Positions 9,337-16,142 of a stretch of 37,063 nt of DNA are shown one piece after another. The position numbers and the translations under genes are program-made. The first letter of the stretch is position 1. Every line of letters begins with the position of its first letter. Source of the stretch: Hadesarchaea archaeon (GTDB lineage: Archaea; Hadarchaeota; Hadarchaeia; Hadarchaeales; JAGGTB01); assembly GCA_021163965.1 (NCBI GenBank), contig JAGGTB010000053.1, forward strand, positions 1 to 37,063. Reading direction: 5' to 3'. The notes below the pieces were generated by a model. It did not search any database and was not told the origin of the DNA. It saw nothing but the letters and a program-made list of their open reading frames with translations.

Positions 9337-9774
9337 TTACTCCCTCCAGACCCATACCGTTAGATCACCTAACCCACGTACTTCTCCCTCATCCCCGACT
9401 ACGGCGGGTAGCTCAACAGAAAGCGGGTCATCAGCCGGCTCTGGGCCGTATGATAACAACGTTTTCCCATCAGACGACTTGACCTCAACCCTGAGGATCA
9501 TTCCCTCGTCGAACGGGGTTTCCGAAAACTTCTGCAACTCACATCCGAAATCATTACACGTTATTATGCCGATCTCATTTTTCTCTCCCCCGCATGTGGC
9601 ACCGTTCGTCAAGGCCTCCGCGACGCTCAGAGCAAAACCGAAATCCTCTTGGAACTTGACGCTCTCCCTATGGGCCTCGTACGAGTTTGCCAAAGTTAGG
9701 ATGAAGACGGACAACAAGGCAGTGGCAAAGACCACTGAGAGGAGATCCTCCCCCAGAGTTATTTGGGACATCAA
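9337..9774 (-). CDS. prepilin-like protein
   Basis: MMS/QITLGEDLLSVVFATALL; C-terminal GDLTVWVW strand. Confidence 0.7.
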   Translation of the reverse strand: MMSQITLGEDLLSVVFATALLSVFILTLANSYEAHRESVKFQEDFGFALSVAEALTNGATCGGEKNEIGIITCNDFGCELQKFSETPFDEGMILRVEVKSSDGKTLLSYGPEPADDPLSVELPAVVGDEGEVRGLGDLTVWVWRE

Positions 9775-10190
9775 AAGACCTCCATGTGAATTCGTCCGTC
9801 CCTCTTAGTGAGCCGGATTACCCTTGGGTTTTCGTGGGTGAACTCGAACTCTCCGCCGTTGACCTCCGTGGATAGAGTTGCAATCCTCTCGAGGTTCTCC
9901 CCACCGATCATCACTCGGACGAGCTGAGCGCCGCCGCGATTTCCAACGAAGTCGAGTTTAAACTCCCCGCTCACCCGCGGGAGTTCTCTCTCCACCCACG
10001 CTTCCCCCGGCAACCTGTCGATTTCCCTTAGCGCGTCGGTCACGCATTTGAGGACCGCCTTGAGTTCATCCGATCTGGCCGTGCGCTCGAAACTTCCCGT
10101 CATCGACAGAGTAGCGGTGATTATGCCACCGACCGCCAGCCAGACGCCAATCTTCCCCATCAAAAAATTAGCTAAACCTCCCTGATCCAC
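9771..10190 (-). CDS. prepilin-like protein
   Basis: MDQGG/LANFLMGKIGVWLAVGGII; overlaps both neighbours. Confidence 0.68.
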   Translation of the reverse strand: MDQGGLANFLMGKIGVWLAVGGIITATLSMTGSFERTARSDELKAVLKCVTDALREIDRLPGEAWVERELPRVSGEFKLDFVGNRGGAQLVRVMIGGENLERIATLSTEVNGGEFEFTHENPRVIRLTKRDGRIHMEVF

Positions 10191-10621
10191 TACATCTCCT
10201 CCAGACGAAGGGATTCCACCAACGTCGCGTTGTCATCGAATCTATACGCCACAAGCGTTAGAGAGTAAGAGCCGCTACGAATTCTCTCCCCCTTCCCGTA
10301 ACCCGAGATCGGTAATGGTAGAACCTCACTTCTGCGGATCTCGCCTCCGACTTCCAACTGGACGAGCCTACCATCCACAAGTATTTCGCCGTTGGGGAGA
10401 TCCAAGCTGAAGTACCTCTTTGTTCCGATGCCCCCAGAACTCACCGCGTGCGCCTGCTCCACCAAAGTATTGAAGCTCTCGATCGCCCTTTGATCTTCGA
10501 GGAGTCCTTGCGTTCTGGTTAGCGCCTTGACGCCGAGACCTAACACCAGCACACCGAGCGCGACGCTCAGGATGATTACCACCGGTAGGGACCCCACTCC
10601 ACTCGTCTCTCGATTGGGCAA
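10190..10621 (-). CDS. prepilin-like protein
   Basis: ETSG/VGSLPVVIILSVALGVLVL; later helix followed by GGIGTKRYFSLDLP. Confidence 0.7.
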   Translation of the reverse strand: MPNRETSGVGSLPVVIILSVALGVLVLGLGVKALTRTQGLLEDQRAIESFNTLVEQAHAVSSGGIGTKRYFSLDLPNGEILVDGRLVQLEVGGEIRRSEVLPLPISGYGKGERIRSGSYSLTLVAYRFDDNATLVESLRLEEM

Positions 10622-10629
10622 TCCGACAC

Positions 10630-11016
10630 CTACTTAGAAACTACGACTTCTCCTTCCCAAGGGATGTACCCGGGACACGTCACTCGCACGCTCACGAGCA
10701 CGTAGGATTTGCCGCCCATCGGGATGCGGAACGTGTGGCTACCGTCGGACCTCCCGCTGATAGTGTCAGCCTTTGTTCCACCGGGGTACCTCACGATGAT
10801 GGTTGCCCCATCTAGTGGCTCCCCGCTCTGAGCGTCCTCCACCCTGACTTTCAGATAACCTTTGGAGGCGCGATCGAGTGAAACGTGCATATCCCGCATT
10901 GCTGTTCTCTCCGCCGTCCCGACGAACTGAGTCATTATACCCATCACCATGGCTCCTATGACCAACGCCATGACGAGCTTTATGGGAACCCCCGTCAGTT
11001 GTCCTTTGTCCTCCAT
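10630..11016 (-). CDS. prepilin-like protein with Ig/carboxypeptidase-regulatory-like domain
   Basis: MEDKG/QLTGVPIKLVMALVIGA class III signal; VRVEDAQSGEPLDGATIIV...PGY motif. Confidence 0.75.
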   Translation of the reverse strand: MEDKGQLTGVPIKLVMALVIGAMVMGIMTQFVGTAERTAMRDMHVSLDRASKGYLKVRVEDAQSGEPLDGATIIVRYPGGTKADTISGRSDGSHTFRIPMGGKSYVLVSVRVTCPGYIPWEGEVVVSK

Positions 11017-11071
11017 CTTCCCCGCAGCCGCATTGGATGAAGAAGATTTATAAAGGAGAAAAGGAAGTGAG

Positions 11072-11306
11072 CCGTCCTAAAATCCCGTAACATTTTGTAT
11101 CCACGGGAATTTTTCTGGCTCTGCGGATAGTCCCGTGGTGGCCTCGAACCCGCAGGCCTTACACCTGTAGCGTGCCCATCCGGCCCGTTATTAGCGGGCA
11201 CATCGCGGGCAAAACTTCAACTTGCGGTAGTTACACCTCAACCGCCGGCAATCCACGCCACATGTGTTACAAAAAGTTATCTTTTTGGTAGCAGTTGTAT
11301 CACTCC
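11072..11306 (-). mobile_element. non-autonomous IS607-like deletion derivative with degenerate tnpB 3' fragments
   Basis: Minus-strand fragments WRGLPAVEV*, KFCPRCAR**..YRCKACGFEA and RDY (TnpB Zn-ribbon/RuvC-III region); G(A/C/T)TAC-like direct repeats 9-11 bp apart near both ends; GG at both putative ends. Confidence 0.6.
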
Positions 11307-11399
11307 TTAGCTTCCATCCGATACTCGTGCCTCACCCGATGACCGGGAGCCGGTTGCCACTTTTATAAATGCTCGCCGACCAAATTGGTTAGGGCTTGA

Positions 11400-12608
11400 A
11401 TGGTAGAACACTACGACGTAATAGTTGTTGGAGGAGGACCAGCCGGTTTGTCGGCTGCTAGTGCCGCTGCTTCCAAGGGCGGCAAGGTTCTTTTGTTGGA
11501 ACTTCAAGCGCAAATAGGCGGGCAGACACAGTCCGTTGCATGGTTGCCAAAGGAAATAGTCAAAAGGGAACTCAAGCGCTCGATCGCCAGCGAGGTCGAG
11601 GAAGTCGTGCTTCACTCGCCGCATCGGAGAGTTGGAATAAGCGGGAGCTACGGCGTTATTGTCGACCGCAGGCTCTTCGATAAGCTCTTGGCGGTGCAAG
11701 CTGTTTCCTCGGGGGCGGAGATCTGGATAAGCTCCCCCGTAAAGGACCTGCTGAAGAACGATGGCACCGTCCGAGGGGTCTGCGCCGAGGCCGGATCTTG
11801 GTCCGAACGACTCGAGTGCGAGATTGTGATCGATGCAACGGGGATGAGCGGACGCTGGTCCGGCCTTTTCCTCCGCGAAATCCTCGGAAGGAAGTGGGAT
11901 AAGGAGCGTCTTGTTCTGAGCAATGAGTACCTGATGGCAAATGCTGAAACTGAAAAACGCGTGAGGCTATTTTTCTCCTCCTACTTCGCTCCGATGGGTT
12001 ACGCGTGGATATTTCCGTTCGGGAAATATCTCGCGATGATCGGCATAAGGGGGGTAAGAATTCATCCGGATGCCGCGCTGGACGAGTTCATAGGACGTCA
12101 AGAACTTCCGGGACTTGAGAAAGCCCTGCCCATAGCCGCCTTTCGAAGACAGTTGCCACTTGAGAACTGGATAAAACAAACGCACTCCGACGGGATCTTA
12201 GCAGTTGGTGGGGCCGCCGGACAGATTTATCCCGTTTCGGGCCATGGAATAAAGTATTCACTTAGATGTGGTGAAATCGCTGGGGAAGTAGCGGTGGAGG
12301 CCGTGAGCGAGGGTGATCCATCGAGCGAGTTCCTCGAGGAATACGACAGAAAGTGGCGAAGCGAATTTGGAAAGGAACTACAAATCGGGCGAATGCTTCA
12401 CTCATGGCTTCAAACCTCCCCAGATAAAAAAACAGACGCTCTTTTCAGCGCGATGACTAACGACATCGAACTACAGCGCGATTTCTTAGGAGTCTTCTTA
12501 CCATTTGAGCTCGAAAAGCACCTCAAGAGGTTCCTGTCAAATGACAAAGTGCAAAAAATTTTTGGCCAGAACAATACGGATAAAGCTCTTGTGACCTACT
12601 TTTCATAA
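11400..12608 (+). CDS. geranylgeranyl reductase-family FAD oxidoreductase, divergent paralog
   Basis: YDVIVVGGGPAG, DRRLFDK, APMGYAWIFP, GGAAGQIYPVSGHGI. Confidence 0.85.
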   Translation: MVEHYDVIVVGGGPAGLSAASAAASKGGKVLLLELQAQIGGQTQSVAWLPKEIVKRELKRSIASEVEEVVLHSPHRRVGISGSYGVIVDRRLFDKLLAVQAVSSGAEIWISSPVKDLLKNDGTVRGVCAEAGSWSERLECEIVIDATGMSGRWSGLFLREILGRKWDKERLVLSNEYLMANAETEKRVRLFFSSYFAPMGYAWIFPFGKYLAMIGIRGVRIHPDAALDEFIGRQELPGLEKALPIAAFRRQLPLENWIKQTHSDGILAVGGAAGQIYPVSGHGIKYSLRCGEIAGEVAVEAVSEGDPSSEFLEEYDRKWRSEFGKELQIGRMLHSWLQTSPDKKTDALFSAMTNDIELQRDFLGVFLPFELEKHLKRFLSNDKVQKIFGQNNTDKALVTYFS

Positions 12609-12773
12609 AATCCTAAAGTCCATAGAAGACAATCAAAATTTGGTACTCAGATGCGTTTCATAACCCTCGCCTCAGGCAAAGGTGGCGTCGGTAAAAGCAC
12701 GATAACTGCCAATTTCGGGATAGCGCTTTCACTAATGGGGCACCCCACTACTGTTGTAGATGCATGCCTAACC

Positions 12774-13017
12774 TCCCGACTTGGGGTTGTTCTGTGACCT
12801 CCTCCCCTCGCTTTCGCAAGGGGCTTCCACTTTTCCTTCGCGTTACGCCCTCATCGCCTCCGCTCGGGGCGCGTTTCGTGGAAGCTTTTCCCGCCTTACG
12901 CGGTACTCCAGGTTCCTGCTTCAGCGACCGGACTCGATCCCCGCTTGCCCGGAGGCAGAGGCGGGTTACGGAGGTCTCGATCTCCACAGGCGTGAATTCG
13001 GGGTGGCCCCTCCCTAC
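12774..13017 (-). ncRNA. putative TnpB omega-RNA (reRNA) scaffold plus ~20-nt flank-derived guide
   Basis: GTAGGGAGGGGCCACCCCGAATTCACGCCTGTGGAGAT...GTCGCTGAAGCAGGAA...GGAGGAGGTCAC matches the pattern of tnpB 3'-end RNAs; predicted guide AGAACAACCCCAAGTCGGGA; boundaries inferred. Confidence 0.65.
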
Positions 13018-13126
13018 TCGATTTGCATTTCGCCGAGCATTTTTATATCCCTTTCAGGGAGAGATACCCGTAAGTATTTCGCCTTTCATCCCCTCCCTCG
13101 CGGAAGGGGACTTCCCGGCGGTAGAG
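12794..13126 (-). mobile_element. non-autonomous IS200/IS605-family element (PATE/MITE-like), 333 bp, no tnpA/tnpB
   Basis: Minus strand: TTTAA target motif, left end with hairpin TCCCCTTCC-GCGA-GGGAGGGGA, right-end hairpin CCCCTTGC-GAAA-GCGAGGGG, end GGAGGAGGTCAC; no target duplication; excision rejoins minD (LGLFFKLEK); second copy at 37009. Confidence 0.88.
13040..13056 (-). promoter_or_regulatory. BRE-TATA promoter inside the element, facing the omega-RNA
   Basis: Minus strand TGAAAGG-GATATAAAAA about 25-28 nt upstream of the scaffold start (13017). Confidence 0.55.
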
Positions 13127-13750
13127 TTAAACTCGAAAAGGTCACCTACACGATCAACGACGTTCTAAACGGTCGTGCGTCTATCAAAGATGTCGTTTAC
13201 GAGGGGCCTGGAGGGGTGAGGGTAGTCCCGGCGTCAATAGCTCTCGATCGGATTCAAAACGTGAAGCCGGAGAACTTACCAGAGGTGATAAAGAACCAGC
13301 CCCAGGGAACCGAATTTGTACTAATAGATGCCCCCAACGGTCTCCGAAGTGAGACAGTTGCCGCCATTCGTGCGGGGAAGGAACTCCTACTGGTGACAAC
13401 TCCTGAGGTAACTGCGGTCTCGGACGCGATGAAAACCCGAATAGCCGCGGAGTTCCTCGGATTGAAACCCATCGGTATTGTGTTAAATCAGGTCCATGGA
13501 GATGAATATGAGATCAAAAAGTACGAAATCGAGGATCTCATGAACCTCAGAGTGTTGGCCGAAATACCATATGATAACAAGGCTAGGGGCGCTCTGAGGG
13601 AAGGGATTCCCCTACTAGAATTTGATCCAAAATCGAAGGCTTCAAAAGCCATAAAGAAGTTGGCAGAAAAAATCGTAGAAATTCGAAGGAGAAAAAAATG
13701 ATAGAAGGCGTATTTTAAGCTCAGCCACCCCATCGGACACTCTTCCAACA

Positions 13751-13759
13751 TTTATATAT
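13751..13759 (+). promoter_or_regulatory. TATA box
   Basis: TTTATATAT about 25-30 nt upstream of the structured segment at 13785. Confidence 0.5.
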
Positions 13760-13784
13760 CTCAAGACTTGTTAAGAAATCCTTG

Positions 13785-13981
13785 GTGCTCCGGATTGAAG
13801 CGCCCCTTTAAGGCAAAAGGTTTGGAGAAAGAGAAAAACTTCGATAAGAAATTCCTTAAACGCATGATTGAGGAATGCGTTGAGGAATAGGGGCCCTTGT
13901 GCCCCATGTGCTTTGGGATCTCAGCGCCCAATCCAGCCCAGTTGGGCCATCCGGGATGGAAGATTCTTAGACCGGGAGCAC
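13785..13981 (+). ncRNA. candidate structured RNA or 5' leader of unknown class
   Basis: Nested stems 13785-91/13975-81, 13792-803/13924-34, 13851-65/13875-88, plus hairpins 13890-905, 13936-47 and 13948-58. Confidence 0.3.
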
Positions 13982-14001
13982 GATCCCTATTATTAGTATG
14001 A
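13795..14001 (+). pseudogene. 68-codon small ORF with one in-frame TAG (nonsense mutation or readthrough)
   Basis: TTG start; MKRPFKAKGLEKEKNFDKKFLKRMIEECVEE*GPLCPMCFGIS...LLLV; TAG at 13888-90; final TGA overlaps the next ATG (ATGA). Confidence 0.4.
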
Positions 14002-14486
14002 GATTCATTGCCGATGCGATGCTCGGAAAGCTCGCGCGCTGGCTCCGTCTAGCCGGACAAAACGTAACGTACATCGGTGACTATCGGGTCCCCGCCGAGA
14101 AACAGGATGAAATCCTCATCGAGTGGGCGAAAGATCGCAATCGAACCTTGCTAACATGCGACATCGGCCTACATCGGCGGGCAAAGCGCGCAGGAGTCCG
14201 GAGTGTGTATATCCGAGGAGCTGACGTGGCAGAACAGCTGGTCCAAGTCTCAAAACAATCGGGAAAGAAGATTCAAATCGATCCCCGAAGTTCTAGGTGC
14301 CCGATGTGCAATGGGAATCTAATACTCGTTGGCAAGGAGAGCGTCAGGGACGAAATTCCGGTCTCCGTCTTGAAGACCCACCGGGAGTTCTGGCGATGCA
14401 AGAGCTGTAACAAAGTGTATTGGCAAGGAAAACACTGGAAAACTATAATTGAAATGGCCGAGAGATGTGAAAAGATGAGAGGGTGA
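13998..14486 (+). CDS. Mut7-C RNase domain protein (PIN-like + Zn ribbon)
   Basis: MRFIADAMLGKLARWLRLAG, SRCPMCNG, FWRCKSCNKVYWQGKHW. Confidence 0.92.
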   Translation: MRFIADAMLGKLARWLRLAGQNVTYIGDYRVPAEKQDEILIEWAKDRNRTLLTCDIGLHRRAKRAGVRSVYIRGADVAEQLVQVSKQSGKKIQIDPRSSRCPMCNGNLILVGKESVRDEIPVSVLKTHREFWRCKSCNKVYWQGKHWKTIIEMAERCEKMRG

Positions 14487-14490
14487 GTCC

Positions 14491-15147
14491 TTGCTGACGT
14501 CTCAGGAAGGCGAGCTACTCGTTAGACTCGCAAGAAAGGCCATCGAGACTTACCTGCAATCCGGCAAGAAAATCGAAGCGCCGGAGGTGCCTCAAAAGCT
14601 CAAGGAAAAACGTGGAGTCTTCGTAACTTTGACAAAAAATGGAGACCTCAGAGGTTGCATCGGCCATCCTCTTCCAACCATGCCGCTCGTCGATGCCGTC
14701 ATAGACGCGGCGATAAGCTCGGCCACAAGAGACCCCAGATTCCCGAACGTCGTCGAAGAAGAACTTTCGAAGTTAAAAATAGAAGTAAGCGTGCTGACCC
14801 TACCGGAAAAAATCGAAGTAGAAACTCCCCGCGACTATCCGAAACACGTAGAAATAGGAAAACATGGGCTCATAATAGAACTCGGCATCAACAAGGGTCT
14901 GTTGCTCCCACAAGTCCCTGTGGAGTGGAACTGGGATGCCGAGGAATTTCTATCTCACGCTTGTATGAAGGCTGGATTGATGCCAGACTGTTGGCTGCGA
15001 GAAGACGTCAAAATAAGTAGGTTTGAAGCACAAATTTTCTCCGAGGAGAGCCCCGGAGGGCGGGTGGTAGAGCGGGCCCTGCTTCAGGAGGAGCAAGAAA
15101 AGACTTATAAAAAGACGCGAAAACCTTGTAGCGGTGCAAACCCGTGA
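14491..15147 (+). CDS. AMMECR1 domain protein
   Basis: GVFVTL..LRGCIG, SATRDPRF, IEVSVLT, GKHGL, GLLLPQV, CMKAGL. Confidence 0.94.
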   Translation: MLTSQEGELLVRLARKAIETYLQSGKKIEAPEVPQKLKEKRGVFVTLTKNGDLRGCIGHPLPTMPLVDAVIDAAISSATRDPRFPNVVEEELSKLKIEVSVLTLPEKIEVETPRDYPKHVEIGKHGLIIELGINKGLLLPQVPVEWNWDAEEFLSHACMKAGLMPDCWLREDVKISRFEAQIFSEESPGGRVVERALLQEEQEKTYKKTRKPCSGANP

Positions 15148-15398
15148 CAAAAGATGACTCCACTTTGGGTTTACAAGAACAATTAAGCTTGCTCTCCCAA
15201 AGACTGGACAAAGTTGAGTCGCGGCTAACGGCCTTGGAACAATCCTTGAGATCCACACCTAGAGCCAAGGAGTTACGTAGAAAAATTGAACCAATCCCCA
15301 AGATGTCCAAGAGCAAGAATGTGCCGAAACACAACTATCTCAGAAGAACCATAGCGGACGTGAAACGCAGATACAATGCGCAGAACTCCCTGCGCTAG
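15144..15398 (+). CDS. small hypothetical coiled-coil protein
   Basis: LSQRLDKVESRLTALEQSL heptads; GTGA overlap with the AMMECR1 gene. Confidence 0.6.
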   Translation: MTKDDSTLGLQEQLSLLSQRLDKVESRLTALEQSLRSTPRAKELRRKIEPIPKMSKSKNVPKHNYLRRTIADVKRRYNAQNSLR

Positions 15399-15406
15399 GT
15401 GACTTC

Positions 15407-15964
15407 TTGCGCGAAAGAAGCTATCAGGCCACTTTCTGGTTGCTGATAGTGGGAAGTTGGACCACCGGTGTAATCTACGGACGTTGGATGGGTGGAGGGG
15501 GCCTCCTCGAGGACCTCGGTCAAGCCGTGAGCGTCCCCTCCAGTTTTGGGAGATGGTGGGAACCCCTCGTGTACTTCGTGCTGAGCGTTGTCGCCATATT
15601 CGTCCTCTCCCAGATCTTCTTTGGCGGGGGAGCCGTGATTTTCACGCTAGCCAGAGGCGTCCGCGATAACCTCCTCATCTCCGAACTTGAGACAACTCTT
15701 AGGACGTGGTCTTTTCTAAACATGGGGGCTGGTGAAATCTGCAAAGTCCTCCTGATAGCACTAATCTTCGCAGTGAATCTTCCGCTCTTCCTTTGGTCGG
15801 CGCACCTTGGGACTCAAAGATCTTTATATGTTCTCCATCGGTTGAAGGGCAAACCTGTGCCTCCGGAGTTAGGATCTAGGCCCTTCTCCAACTTCCTGTT
15901 AGTCCTCGCAGCTTCCATGATTGTTGGGCTGATAGCCACACTCATCTTCTCTTACGCAAAATAA
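15407..15964 (+). CDS. hypothetical integral membrane protein
   Basis: 4-5 hydrophobic segments; SD AGGTGA before TTG. Confidence 0.75.
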   Translation: MRERSYQATFWLLIVGSWTTGVIYGRWMGGGGLLEDLGQAVSVPSSFGRWWEPLVYFVLSVVAIFVLSQIFFGGGAVIFTLARGVRDNLLISELETTLRTWSFLNMGAGEICKVLLIALIFAVNLPLFLWSAHLGTQRSLYVLHRLKGKPVPPELGSRPFSNFLLVLAASMIVGLIATLIFSYAK

Positions 15965-16142
15965 TTCACCCGCCCGAGCCAAAGACAAGAAAACGTGGCG
16001 CTCTCCCGAAAACATTTTACAATGGCTGAGGATTTGGAAAATACGTTCATCAGATAAATCGCTCAATTCCGGGCAAAAGAATTTATAGCATGAGTTATTA
16101 TCACATGAGGTAATTACCAGCAAATAAAAGAGCGTGAATGGT

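Larger units (their letters stand above)
12651..13701 (+). pseudogene. minD: MinD/ParA-family ATPase interrupted by a 333-bp element and frameshifted near 12775-12777
   Basis: ATG 12651 gives [30 protein letters not shown]; the sequence resumes after the element as KLEKVTYTINDVL..LIDAPNG..VTTPE..VLNQ..EIPYD; the two parts are in different frames. Confidence 0.85.

Noticed and set aside
12825-12885. Hammerhead-like GATGAG...GAA inside the element
   Set aside because: Core CUGANGA/GAAA and stems I/III are not satisfied; a K-turn fits better.
12748-13168. ORFs 12764-13168 (+), 12748-12987 (-) and the N-terminal ~115 aa of 12781-13701
   Set aside because: Translations of the GC-rich non-coding element; no transposase or TnpB motifs.
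13785-13981. tRNA or tmRNA identity for the structured segment (7-bp closing stem, internal ORF, ..GGAGCACCA on the minus strand)
   Set aside because: No T-arm next to the acceptor-like stem on either strand and no D or anticodon arm pattern.
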